From positions 588,346-652,345 of the forward strand of contig CAWIAU010000001.1 of assembly GCA_963834265.1 (NCBI GenBank): a stretch of 64,000 nucleotides of DNA. Reading direction: 5' to 3'. The notes under the pieces are model-generated. The model ran no database searches. It worked only from the letters and a program-made list of their open reading frames with translations, and had not been told where the DNA came from. The position numbers were made by a program, and so were the translations under genes. This document shows, one piece after another, positions 39,306 through 48,913 of the stretch (position 1 is its first letter; each line of letters begins with the position of its first letter). This DNA comes from an uncultured bacterium (GTDB lineage: Bacteria; Patescibacteriota; Saccharimonadia; Saccharimonadales; 2-12-FULL-41-12).

Positions 39306-39380
39306 TGGCTGGGGAGGAGGGATTCGAACCCCCGAATGCCAGTACCAAAAACTGGTGCCTTACCACTTGGCCACTCCCCA
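39306..39380 (-). tRNA. tRNA-Gln (anticodon UUG), CCA encoded
   Basis: The 75-nt sequence UGGGGAGUGGCCAAGUGGUAAGGCACCAGUUUUUGGUACUGGCAUUCGGGGGUUCGAAUCCCUCCUCCCCAGCCA folds as a cloverleaf. It has a U1-A72 pair, the anticodon loop UUUUGGU, and close resemblance to bacterial tRNA-Gln. Confidence 0.93.
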
Positions 39381-39429
39381 CTGCACGTTTATTTTACCTT
39401 AAAGGTGTTCGAATTATTAATATGTATTT

Positions 39430-39525
39430 AAAAACTGACCTGCGGTCGGCGTGCCAGTACCGATTAATTGATTTGGTTGCGATGAATCGCAACTGGCTGG
39501 TGCCTTACTACTTGGCCACTCCCCA
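39430..39525 (-). other. tRNA-Gln-like fragment: 5' half plus anticodon-stem 3' strand, with a 35-nt hairpin insert and no T-arm
   Basis: UGGGGAGUGGCCAAGUAGUAAGGCACCAG matches the real gene at 28 of 29 nt. A 35-nt insert containing GUUGCGA-UUCA-UCGCAAC follows, then GGUACUGGCA, then GACC-GCA-GGUC and a U-run. There is no GGUUCGAAUCC and no 3' acceptor strand. Confidence 0.6.
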
Positions 39526-39620
39526 ACGAATTGTAAATAACAGATGGAATTGTAGCATATAACGATAATAAAAATTTGATGTTCTAAACAGGGCCTAAAG
39601 AAGTTATAATAACCTTTAGC

Positions 39621-40487
39621 ATGAGAGTTATTGAGCCGCAAAAGCTATCTACTAAGGCAGTGCAGGATTCTGGACGTAATTATTCTAAACTTATTCTTTT
39701 GAGTTTGTTGGTTGTCGGAGCTGTGGTTGGTGGGTGGTATTTTCTTTCTAACAAATCATCCCCTGCTGAGCGGGCAAAGAATGGTTCAGGGAGCAATAAC
39801 TCAGCGCAGGTACTGGCTGAGTCACCCAAAAAAGGAACGCTGAGAATATTTACACCCCAGCAGTTCCGCGATCTTTATAATAATTTTGCATATCCCAATA
39901 CCGAACGTATCAGCGACAAGACTCCGATAACCGGCAATACCGAAGCTGATAATTATATACGCGCAATGGCTCAGGAAAGAGGTTACACACTGCGCAGTGC
40001 TCCGGTAGCAAACGTATTTCAAGAGGTTGCACCAGGCATGACCCTTCAGCAAAAGGCCGCTCAGCCATGGCTTGACATGCAGGCCGCGGCAAAAAAAGAA
40101 AATATTGAGATAGATCTTTCAGCTGCTTACCGCTCAGCGGCAGACCAGACAGAAATATTTACTTCCCGCTTATCGGTTGCCGGCATCAATGCCAGCCGAA
40201 TTCCATCCGGGGCGTACGACAAACAGATATCGACGGTTCTGCAATCGACAGCCGTACCGGGCTATTCCAGACATCATACAGGCTATACAATTGATATAAC
40301 ATGCGTCAAAACACCAGCACTGTCGTTTTTGGCTACAAATTGCTTTGAATGGCTCAGCAGAGATAATTACAAAAATGCCAAAAAATATGGCTGGATACCC
40401 AGCTATCCGGAGGGCACCGGAATGCAGGGGCCTGAGCCTGAAGCATGGGAATACGTCTGGGTTGGAACTGACACAGTAACCGAGTAG
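39621..40487 (+). CDS. M15-family peptidase (VanY / D-alanyl-D-alanine carboxypeptidase type), membrane anchored
   Basis: N-terminal transmembrane helix, SRHHTGYTIDI (S-x-H-x-x-G-x-x-x-D) and a C-terminal EAWEYVWVG. Confidence 0.8.
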   Translation: MRVIEPQKLSTKAVQDSGRNYSKLILLSLLVVGAVVGGWYFLSNKSSPAERAKNGSGSNNSAQVLAESPKKGTLRIFTPQQFRDLYNNFAYPNTERISDKTPITGNTEADNYIRAMAQERGYTLRSAPVANVFQEVAPGMTLQQKAAQPWLDMQAAAKKENIEIDLSAAYRSAADQTEIFTSRLSVAGINASRIPSGAYDKQISTVLQSTAVPGYSRHHTGYTIDITCVKTPALSFLATNCFEWLSRDNYKNAKKYGWIPSYPEGTGMQGPEPEAWEYVWVGTDTVTE

Positions 40488-40578
40488 TGCTTTGTCATAC
40501 GATATTCGGGGTATAATAGTCTGAACAAGCAATAATAGCGGCACATCATACGCCGCAAACAGATCAGGAGAATTCGAA

Positions 40579-41124
40579 ATGGCACTCGCATCGACAGTAT
40601 TATTAGATGAAGTAAATGACGGGGCAATAATTGGTCAGTCGTACCTCAAAAGGCCACGCTGGTTCCGGGTGCTGGTCGGAGTACCATTGATATATATCCC
40701 GATATTAGTCTCAATGCCATTTGTCGTTCTGGGCATATTGGTAGTTCGCATGCACCTGCGAGCTTTAGGTGCTCATAATATGAAAAGTTATTGGGATTTT
40801 GTACCGGAGAAAGCATCCCATCGTTATACCAGCACAACCCAGCCGAGGTATAACAATAATCCTTTCGCTATTGTTCATTACAAATGGTTCTGGCTCTTTA
40901 ACTGCCGGATGTACTGCCCAATGTCAGTTGCCGGACTACGCTATTACACATATCTGGTAAAAATTGTTGAGAATTGGTGGTGCCCGTTTGAGCATTCACG
41001 CAAACATGAATATTCGGATGCAACTATCGACGGATCATTCTGGCATCTGCGCAAAAAACACCGTGATATGCTGCACCCCGATGATCGCGATAACCCGATC
41101 TGGAATAAAAATAAACGAAAGTAG
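40579..41124 (+). CDS. Hypothetical membrane protein with a Trp/His/Cys-rich C-terminal region
   Basis: AGGAG lies 8 nt upstream of the ATG. One clear transmembrane segment. I recognise no family. Confidence 0.55.
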   Translation: MALASTVLLDEVNDGAIIGQSYLKRPRWFRVLVGVPLIYIPILVSMPFVVLGILVVRMHLRALGAHNMKSYWDFVPEKASHRYTSTTQPRYNNNPFAIVHYKWFWLFNCRMYCPMSVAGLRYYTYLVKIVENWWCPFEHSRKHEYSDATIDGSFWHLRKKHRDMLHPDDRDNPIWNKNKRK

Positions 41125-41185
41125 AGCAGATCATAACTGCTTATGATTGCCTTTTATCAGGGTTTAACGTACATTTTGTAACTAT

Positions 41186-42106
41186 ATGAGCAATACCAAA
41201 AATAATAAATATATAATGCCCCTCCACGTGAACAACCTGAATGGCCGTATGTTGTGTCTGCCCCCCAAAAAAGATAACAGAAAACGAGAGATTTTGGTTT
41301 TATACGGTCAGCATGCCAGTCTGGAACGCATGGCCGGCATTGCCGAGGTATTGAACGGATATGGTGCGATTACAATTCCTGATTTGCCGGGGTTTGGCGG
41401 TATGGATAGTTTTTATAAAATAGGTTCCAAACCTACACTCGATAATTATGCTGATTATCTGGCATCAATTATCAAACTCCGTTACAGCAAACGCAAAGTT
41501 ACTATTGTAGCAATGTCGTTTTCGTTCCTGATTGTAACCCGCATGCTGCAACTTTATCCGGAACTTACAAAAAGAGTTGATATGCTGGTTAGTTTCGTCG
41601 GGTTTTTGCACCGCGATGACTTCCATGTGAGAAAATCCATATACTGGACATGGCGGTCTGTTGCGTTTTTATTCGGTAGTCGTATCGGCTCAACCTTTGC
41701 GCGATATATATTACTTCAACCCTGGGTTATCAGGTCGGCTTATGCATTAGTATCCGGACGCCACCCTAAACTCATGGGGGCTAATAAATTAGAGCAAAAA
41801 AAACGAGTAGACTTCGAAATAAAACTCTGGCATATAAATGATATGCGCACACGGATGAAAACTCTCAAGGCCATGATTACAGCAGATTTATGCAAGCAAT
41901 CCGTTAAAATGCCGGTTTATCATGTATCTGTGGCCGGAGATTTCTATTTCAATAATAACGTTGTTGAACAGCACATGCGTATTGTTTACAGCGATTTTGA
42001 AAATATACCTGCCAAAGTTTCCGCGCATGCTCCGACAATTATAGCTACAGCAAAAGACGCCGCCCCGTTTATACCTCCCCGTCTGCGCAAATTACTATCA
42101 AAGTAA
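41186..42106 (+). CDS. Alpha/beta-hydrolase-fold protein (tentative, atypical nucleophile elbow)
   Basis: ILVLYGQHAS ... DLPGFGGMDS ... VTIVAMSFSF follows the alpha/beta-hydrolase layout but lacks a canonical G-x-S-x-G. Confidence 0.5.
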   Translation: MSNTKNNKYIMPLHVNNLNGRMLCLPPKKDNRKREILVLYGQHASLERMAGIAEVLNGYGAITIPDLPGFGGMDSFYKIGSKPTLDNYADYLASIIKLRYSKRKVTIVAMSFSFLIVTRMLQLYPELTKRVDMLVSFVGFLHRDDFHVRKSIYWTWRSVAFLFGSRIGSTFARYILLQPWVIRSAYALVSGRHPKLMGANKLEQKKRVDFEIKLWHINDMRTRMKTLKAMITADLCKQSVKMPVYHVSVAGDFYFNNNVVEQHMRIVYSDFENIPAKVSAHAPTIIATAKDAAPFIPPRLRKLLSK

Positions 42107-42133
42107 AATTTTCTTAGGGTATAATATCTAGAA

Positions 42134-43270
42134 ATGAAAATAGGACTCGTTTTCCCGTATAGTTTATTTCTCGGCGGTGGCGTGAAAGAATGTGTGCTGG
42201 CCTTGCAGCAGGAGTTGGTTGAGCGTGACCATGATACATGGATCATAACGCCTCAACCGCGTGATTACAAAGGAGACCCGCCGGCAGGGGTAATACTGCT
42301 TGGGGGCTCTATACCTTTTCGCGCTGCCCGTACGGAAGGACATATTTCGGCTAGTGTCGATATGTCGAGCCTCGAAGCAATGCTGGCCCGCGAAAAGTTC
42401 GATGTGTTGCACTTTCATGAGCCATGGAATCCAATGCTGTCTTTTCAGCTGCTTTCGCGGTCAAAGGCTATCAATATCGGTACATTCCATGCTGCGATGT
42501 CTGAACGGCGTACCTCAAGAAGTGTCGAAAAAGTAATCACACCATATACAAAATCAATTCTGAAATATCTTGATGTTATGACGGCTGTTTCTCCTGCCGC
42601 AGCAAACTATGTCAAGTCGCTCACCAAAAAACCAATACAAATTGTTGCTAACGGAATCGATCTGGAAAAATACTCATATAATAAAAGCGTAACTATAAAA
42701 AATAGTACAAAAACTTTACTCTACGTAGGCCGCCTGGAGAAGAGAAAAGGTGTCAGATATCTTTTATCAGCTTTTAAACTTCTCCAAAAAACCAACCCTC
42801 ATACCAGACTGATTATTGCCGGAGACGGTCCTGAACGCCAGAACCTCAAAGAACAAGCCAAAGAAGACAGACTACATAATGTTTCCTTTTTAGGGCTTAT
42901 TGATGAAGAAACAAAATTAGATCTTTTTGCCCGTGCTGATCTGTTCTGTTCACCTGCGCTTTACGGCGAGAGCTTCGGAATTGTACTACTGGAGGCTATG
43001 GCAAGCGGTCGTGTAGTAGTAGCCGGCAACAACGCAGGCTATGAGAGCGTATTAACAGGCAGTGGTCGGATTTCCCTGGTAAACCCCAAGGATATCACAG
43101 AATTCAGCCGCCGGCTGAGCTTACTTTTAGATGACGAAACTATGCGCAAAGCATGGCTGGACTGGGCAGAATCAGAAGTCAAAAAATATAGTTACAGTAA
43201 TATCGTAGATCATTATCTGGCCATCTATAAATCTGCCTATGAAAAGCGGGATGTGAGCTATGAGTCATGA
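42134..43270 (+). CDS. Glycosyltransferase family 4
   Basis: GT-B fold with GESFGIVLLEAMASGRVVVA. TATAAT lies 8 nt before the ATG. Confidence 0.9.
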   Translation: MKIGLVFPYSLFLGGGVKECVLALQQELVERDHDTWIITPQPRDYKGDPPAGVILLGGSIPFRAARTEGHISASVDMSSLEAMLAREKFDVLHFHEPWNPMLSFQLLSRSKAINIGTFHAAMSERRTSRSVEKVITPYTKSILKYLDVMTAVSPAAANYVKSLTKKPIQIVANGIDLEKYSYNKSVTIKNSTKTLLYVGRLEKRKGVRYLLSAFKLLQKTNPHTRLIIAGDGPERQNLKEQAKEDRLHNVSFLGLIDEETKLDLFARADLFCSPALYGESFGIVLLEAMASGRVVVAGNNAGYESVLTGSGRISLVNPKDITEFSRRLSLLLDDETMRKAWLDWAESEVKKYSYSNIVDHYLAIYKSAYEKRDVSYES

Positions 43271-44411
43271 GGCTCCGCTGACTATCGGCTTCGTGCTGGA
43301 TGACGGGCTGGATAAGCCGGACGGTGTACAGCAGCACATTCTGACTCTCGGTGAATGGTTTGTATCACGGGGACATAAAGTCCACTATCTTGTGGGCGAA
43401 ACGGAACGTACTGACATAGCGAACATTCATGTTATGAGCAGGAATTTGAAGGTGCGATTCAACGGAAATGTTCTGTCCAGCCCGTTTCCCGCCAAAACTT
43501 CCCGCATTCGTCAGGTATTGAGCGACAATAAGTTTGATGTGTTGCATATTCAGATACCTTACAGCCCGTTCATGGCGGCTCGCATACTGAGGCGTGCTGA
43601 TACCCGAACCGCGGCGATAGGTACGTTTCATATTCTGCCCGTAGGCTGGACACAGCATAGTCTGACATGGTTTCTGGGCCTTTGGCTTCAACATTCACTC
43701 AGGCGATTTGATAAATTTTTTAGTGTTTCGTCCCCGGCAGCAGATTTTGCCCGCAAAACTTTCCATATTAATTCGTCTGTACTGCCTAACCCCGTTAATA
43801 TTACCCGGTTTGAACCAGCACAGCTTGCAAAAAATACCGGAAATACAGTGCAAATTGTTTTTCTGGGAAGACTTGTAGGACGAAAAGGTTGTTACCAGCT
43901 TCTCGAGGCACTCAATCATTTAGTTCGTGGCAACCTGATTTCTAAGAATCCGGAGATACATATTTGTGGATCAGGACCACTGCGCAGGAAGCTGGAACAG
44001 TACACTAAACAAAATCATTTATCGGAAATGATTTATTTTCACGGTTTTGTGAGCGAAGAAGAAAAAATCACACATTTACAACAGGCTGACATCGCAGTAT
44101 TTCCATCTTTGGGCGGTGAAAGCTTTGGTATCGTGCTTATTGAAGCAATGGCTGCAAAGGCAGGTGTTGTACTGGGAGGAAACAATCCGGGCTACAACAG
44201 CGTTCTCAGTTCGATGCCGGAATCTTTATTTGATCCTGAGAACATAAATGAATTTGCTTTAATCTTACAAAAATACATAGAAAATCCTGATAAACGACGG
44301 GCGCTTCATATTAAACAGCAGCAGCTTGTAGTCGGCTATGATGTGCAAAAAACCGGCAGCAAATTACTTGAAACTTATACTGATTGCATTAACCAGCGAA
44401 AAAGCAGATAA
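43260..44411 (+). CDS. Glycosyltransferase family 4 (paralog of the preceding gene)
   Basis: GGESFGIVLIEAMAAKAGVVLG. It overlaps the upstream GT4 gene by 11 nt. Confidence 0.9.
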   Translation: MSHEAPLTIGFVLDDGLDKPDGVQQHILTLGEWFVSRGHKVHYLVGETERTDIANIHVMSRNLKVRFNGNVLSSPFPAKTSRIRQVLSDNKFDVLHIQIPYSPFMAARILRRADTRTAAIGTFHILPVGWTQHSLTWFLGLWLQHSLRRFDKFFSVSSPAADFARKTFHINSSVLPNPVNITRFEPAQLAKNTGNTVQIVFLGRLVGRKGCYQLLEALNHLVRGNLISKNPEIHICGSGPLRRKLEQYTKQNHLSEMIYFHGFVSEEEKITHLQQADIAVFPSLGGESFGIVLIEAMAAKAGVVLGGNNPGYNSVLSSMPESLFDPENINEFALILQKYIENPDKRRALHIKQQQLVVGYDVQKTGSKLLETYTDCINQRKSR

Positions 44412-44424
44412 TATCTCAAAGATT

Positions 44425-45519
44425 ATGAGTAAAAATGGCGAAAAAAAACTGATTGTTACTATCGAGTCCAAAACAGTGGTTCGTGTGATTTTACTGGTGG
44501 TGGCATCGATTGCTATTATTGCCTTTCTCAGGAATATTACGCACATCATTTTACTTATATTTATCTCATTTTTCCTGGCACTCGCACTTAATCCCGCCGT
44601 ATCATGGATATCTTCCCGCCTCAAGAGTAAGAGCCGTGTCCGTGCTACAGGGGCCGCATACGTACTTGTCATAACATTTCTGATCGGATTTTTTGCTCTT
44701 GTATTTCCGCCGCTTGTTAAGCAAACCGTCGATTTTATCAAAGAAGTACCAGGTACTATCCAGGATATAACGCGGGAAGATTCTGCCTTTAATAAATTCG
44801 TACAGAGACACCAGTTAGGTGATGAAGTAGAACAATTCTCCAGCGACTTTGGTAATAAGTTCAAAGATCTGGGCAAGCCGGCTCTGGCGACAGCAGGTGC
44901 GATTGGTTCCGCTGTGGTCGGATTGGTAACAATACTTGTTCTGACTTTTATGATGCTGGTAGAAGGCCCTATGTGGCTGCAACGAATATTCGGAGCAATG
45001 GCCCCCGCTAAGCGCAAACACAGACAGGAGCTGGCGGGCAGAATGTATAAAGTGGTTATTGGCTTTGTTAACGGTCAGGCCATAATTGCCGCGCTGGGAG
45101 GAACATTTGCAGCGGTTGCTCTGTTTATTTTCAGTCAGATATTTGATGCGTCGGTGAACGCAATAGCCCTGGGAGGCATAATAGCGTTGTTCGCACTGTT
45201 GCCTTTGATCGGCACAATAATCGGTTCAGTAATCGTAATACTGGCCTGCCTGCTAGTCTCCACGCCTCTTGCCATTGCAGCTGCTGTCTATTTTATCGTC
45301 TATCAGCAGATCGAAAACGTTAGCATTCAACCTTATGTTCAGTCACGCAGCAATAACCTCACACCTCTGACAGTATTACTTGCCGCGCTAATAGGAGTTG
45401 GATTCGGCGGCATACTGGGAGCTCTGCTGGCGATACCTGTGGTAGGCTGTATTAAGATTCTTGCCGAAGATTACTATGAAAATCGCAAAATAAAAGCACC
45501 TAAACCCGATACCAGATAG
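44425..45519 (+). CDS. AI-2E family transporter (PerM/UPF0118)
   Basis: Eight-helix-type hydrophobic profile and a conserved C-terminal GxxGxxLAIPV block. I chose the ATG at 44425 because the longer ORF overlaps the GT4 gene. Confidence 0.85.
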   Translation: MSKNGEKKLIVTIESKTVVRVILLVVASIAIIAFLRNITHIILLIFISFFLALALNPAVSWISSRLKSKSRVRATGAAYVLVITFLIGFFALVFPPLVKQTVDFIKEVPGTIQDITREDSAFNKFVQRHQLGDEVEQFSSDFGNKFKDLGKPALATAGAIGSAVVGLVTILVLTFMMLVEGPMWLQRIFGAMAPAKRKHRQELAGRMYKVVIGFVNGQAIIAALGGTFAAVALFIFSQIFDASVNAIALGGIIALFALLPLIGTIIGSVIVILACLLVSTPLAIAAAVYFIVYQQIENVSIQPYVQSRSNNLTPLTVLLAALIGVGFGGILGALLAIPVVGCIKILAEDYYENRKIKAPKPDTR

Positions 45520-46915
45520 CGCCATACTCAGCATCTTTTATTCCGATTCCATGTTTAATCAGCTGATCTCTTAGCTCATCGGATTTTGGCCAGTTTTTTT
45601 CTTTTCGCGCATCTTCTCTTTTTGAAATTAAATCTTTCTGCTCTTTCGTAATGTCGGGGGTTGAAAGAATCAGATTTAACCCTAACAGGCTGTCTATGAT
45701 TTCCAGCCACTTTATAAAATGTGTTTTGGATTCTGGCATAACACCACGATGATCGAACTCATCCATTTCTGAAGCTATAGTTTCTAAAACTTTTGGCGTG
45801 TTAAGGTCATTGATGATTTCGTATTTAATATCCGCGATACTTCTGTCTATAGACGTAGTCTGAGCATACTCGGTCTGACGGGTTATCTGATGTCTTAGTT
45901 CAGCGGTCCTGCGCATCTTTTTCAGACGGCTTTGAGCAGCTTCGAGGTTGTCCCAGCTGAAATTTGCCTGAGTTCGATAATGCGACTGAAGGTATAATAA
46001 TCTGAGTGTCATTGGATCAAATCCGTGTTCTATAACCTCATTAAGCGTAATAGTCTGATCGCCGGATTTGGACATTTTGTTGCCATCGAGTAGCAGGAAC
46101 TCATTATGCATCCAGAAGTTAGCCAGAGATTTACTGTAAGCTACTTCTGACTGGGCTATCTCATTTGTGTGATGCGTTCCGATATGATCAATGCCCCCCG
46201 TATGGATATCAATCGGCTCACCTAACGATTCATGGATAATTGCTGAACATTCAAGATGCCAGCCCGGAAAACCTTCGCCCCAGGGGGACTCCCAGCGCAT
46301 CTGATGATCCGCGAAATGGTCCACAGTAAAGAACCACAAAGCAAAATCCTGTGGATGATACTTGTCGCTATCGGTTACAACTTCGCTGCGTACCCCGATT
46401 TCTTTATCTGATAACTTCTGGCCGGATAGTTTGCCATAGTCTTCCAGCTTTGTCGTATCAAAATAAATCGCCTGTCGGGTCTGGTAGACAAAACTTTTAT
46501 CCATTAATGTCTGAATCAAGCTTACCTGAGCCGGGATAGCATCAGTAGCCCGGATAATCTTAGACGGAGCCAAAACATTCAGTGCTTTTGTATGCCTGCT
46601 GTAAGCTTCCGTGTAAAATTCTGCAACTTCCCAAACAGTCTTCCCTTCTCTGGCAGCACCTTTTTCGAGTTTGTCTTCACCCTCATCCGCATCGGACGCA
46701 AGATGGCCAACATCAGTAATATTCATCACATGATTTACTTCATAACCACTTACCGTCAGTGACCTCTTAAGAGTGTCGTTGAAAATAACATTCCGCAGAT
46801 TACCTATATGTGCATAGTGGTACACCGTCGGCCCGCAGGTATAAAGTTTTACATAACCATCATTTCCGGGGTTGAAGTCCTCAATTTTACGCGTAAGGGT
46901 ATTATATAGTCTCAT
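45500..46915 (-). CDS. cysS: Cysteine-tRNA ligase
   Basis: [17 protein letters not shown] (HIGH region) and KMSKS (NKMSKSGD). Confidence 0.95.
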   Translation of the reverse strand: MRLYNTLTRKIEDFNPGNDGYVKLYTCGPTVYHYAHIGNLRNVIFNDTLKRSLTVSGYEVNHVMNITDVGHLASDADEGEDKLEKGAAREGKTVWEVAEFYTEAYSRHTKALNVLAPSKIIRATDAIPAQVSLIQTLMDKSFVYQTRQAIYFDTTKLEDYGKLSGQKLSDKEIGVRSEVVTDSDKYHPQDFALWFFTVDHFADHQMRWESPWGEGFPGWHLECSAIIHESLGEPIDIHTGGIDHIGTHHTNEIAQSEVAYSKSLANFWMHNEFLLLDGNKMSKSGDQTITLNEVIEHGFDPMTLRLLYLQSHYRTQANFSWDNLEAAQSRLKKMRRTAELRHQITRQTEYAQTTSIDRSIADIKYEIINDLNTPKVLETIASEMDEFDHRGVMPESKTHFIKWLEIIDSLLGLNLILSTPDITKEQKDLISKREDARKEKNWPKSDELRDQLIKHGIGIKDAEYGAIWYRV

Positions 46916-47928
46916 TCTGATAGCTTCTCGTTGTAAATGTTATCCAGTAGTTCTCTGCCTTTAGAAAGCAAAGATACTTTGACATCGTCGATGTTACGGC
47001 CGTCAGTCACCCGGAAACCGCTTGCATAAATGTGGCCGCCTCCGCCGAAATGTTCGGCCAGTTTATCCGCTACGCCAAAGCCGTGATTAGCACGAATTTT
47101 ACCGGTTATTCGTCCGCCCGGATAGAGTTTGATTGCAATAGCAATGGCAACTTTCTCAACCATGCGCATTTCATCTATAACCAGCATAGACGGGTTATAC
47201 TGATGGCTGTACTTTTCTATTTCCGGCCATGGGATGATAATCATGGCAATGCGCTGATCTTCGTGGTACTCAACCCGTTCGAGCAGATGACCTTTGTAGG
47301 TAAGTAGCTCCGGACTCTTCTTTTGCATGCTGCGGCGTGCTTTTTCCAGACTAGCCAGGCTCACACCGTCCTCTACAAGTTCAGCAATAATATGGATGGT
47401 GCGTGCTGATGCCCCTTCACTTATAAGTCCCAGACTATCGGCCATAATAGCAGTAGCAATAAACTGTCTGGCTTGCAGATTGAGTGGCCATTCAAGCTCA
47501 CATGCCAGTTCATAAATTGCTTCTCCGGTAGCAGCTGCTTCAGGACAATGAGCAATGGTGGCAAAACTAATTGTTGATTCAGTCTTATGGTGATCCAGAA
47601 CCATGCAGGGTTTACCTGCCAGCCACGAAAGCTTTCCGGACTTTTGCAGGGTTTCCAGTAATAGTAATGAGCCCGTATCAACTATAATACTTGCATCAAA
47701 CCCGGCTGGTAGTTCGTTGCTCACGCGATCCCAGCCTTCCATATAACGTAAGTAGCCTGGTATATCCACACCGCAGTATAGTATTGGTTCCTTGCCCATA
47801 TCACCAAAGATGTGTTCCAGTGCCAGAGCACTGGACAGGCTATCTCCATCCGGATTATCGGCCTGTATAATTACAATCCGTTTTGCGCTGTCAACGAAAT
47901 TCTTAATTTTTGTTATGTCAGGTTGCAT
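46912..47928 (-). CDS. DHH/DHHA1 phosphoesterase (NrnA-like oligoribonuclease / pAp phosphatase)
   Basis: Motifs DNPDGDSLSS, VLDHHKT and FGGGGHIYASG. Confidence 0.85.
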   Translation of the reverse strand: MQPDITKIKNFVDSAKRIVIIQADNPDGDSLSSALALEHIFGDMGKEPILYCGVDIPGYLRYMEGWDRVSNELPAGFDASIIVDTGSLLLLETLQKSGKLSWLAGKPCMVLDHHKTESTISFATIAHCPEAAATGEAIYELACELEWPLNLQARQFIATAIMADSLGLISEGASARTIHIIAELVEDGVSLASLEKARRSMQKKSPELLTYKGHLLERVEYHEDQRIAMIIIPWPEIEKYSHQYNPSMLVIDEMRMVEKVAIAIAIKLYPGGRITGKIRANHGFGVADKLAEHFGGGGHIYASGFRVTDGRNIDDVKVSLLSKGRELLDNIYNEKLSE

Positions 47929-47947
47929 GGTAAATATAGTTTAGCAG

Positions 47948-48553
47948 TTATAGAGCCTGGCGACCCTCGAGTGCTCTGCCCAAAGTTATCTGATCGGCAT
48001 ATTCAAGGTCAAGACCAATAGGCAGTCCTCTGGCCAGGCGGGAGATTTTGACTTTACGATCACCTATTTTATTCGCGATCAGTAAAGCCGTTGATTCCCC
48101 TTCTACACTGGCATTGGTGGCAAGTATTATTTCTTCTACAGCATCCTCGTCTATGCGGTTCACAAGTTCATCAATACGCAGCTTTTCCGGCCCTATACCA
48201 TCAATGGGAGAGATCAGACCACCCAACACATGATATGTACCACTGAACTGTCCTATTCGCTCCAGAGCAATAATATCAAACGGATCAGCCACAACAGCTA
48301 CAAGTTTCTTATCACGACCAGAGTCACTATATAAAGGAGATATTTTTTGATCCGCGTTTATCAGTGCAAAAGTTTTCGGACAATACCTCGTACCGCTGTG
48401 CAACTTCTCCATGGCGGCGGCAATCTGATGGCTTTTCGCAGAATCATTCCTGAGAAGATAATACGCATACCGCTCTGCACTACGGGGTCCTACACCTGGT
48501 AATACTCCCAGCGCTTCAATAAGATTCTGCAAAGCTTTTGGCAATAAGCTCAT
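47948..48553 (-). CDS. recR: Recombination protein RecR
   Basis: HhH N-terminus LPGVGPRSAERYAYYLL and a Toprim region YHVLGGLISP. Confidence 0.95.
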   Translation of the reverse strand: MSLLPKALQNLIEALGVLPGVGPRSAERYAYYLLRNDSAKSHQIAAAMEKLHSGTRYCPKTFALINADQKISPLYSDSGRDKKLVAVVADPFDIIALERIGQFSGTYHVLGGLISPIDGIGPEKLRIDELVNRIDEDAVEEIILATNASVEGESTALLIANKIGDRKVKISRLARGLPIGLDLEYADQITLGRALEGRQAL

Positions 48554-48565
48554 ATAGGCTGAGTA

Positions 48566-48859
48566 CTACAGCCCGAGATTTCCGAGCATGCCCATCATTG
48601 GCTGCATTTTTTCCGCAGCTACTTTCTGGCTCTGTGAAATAGCATTTTTAACAGCTTCTTCCACCCATTTTTCCAGCTGGCCGATATCCTCAGTATCTAC
48701 ACGTTCAGGATCAATATGTATTTTTTTGATTTTTTGTTCGCCCGTTATCTCTACTCTGACAGCATCATCGCCGGCCGATACTATAATAATCTGTTTCTGC
48801 AGCTCTTTCTGCATTTTTTTCATTTTCAGTACCATTTTGGCCTGATCAAATTTACTCAT
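48566..48859 (-). CDS. YbaB/EbfC nucleoid-associated protein
   Basis: 97 aa with MQKELQKQ ... GDDAVRVEITGEQKIKKIHIDPE, in the typical position next to recR. Confidence 0.9.
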   Translation of the reverse strand: MSKFDQAKMVLKMKKMQKELQKQIIIVSAGDDAVRVEITGEQKIKKIHIDPERVDTEDIGQLEKWVEEAVKNAISQSQKVAAEKMQPMMGMLGNLGL

Positions 48860-48913
48860 TACACATCCCTTTCGTTTATCTCCTTAATTATAGCAAAAAA
48901 GCTCCGGCGATGT

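Noticed and set aside
39133-39641. ORFs of 68-123 aa listed across the tRNA-Gln region on both strands.
   Set aside because: They run through the tRNA gene, its fragments and palindromes. They have no SDs and have odd composition.
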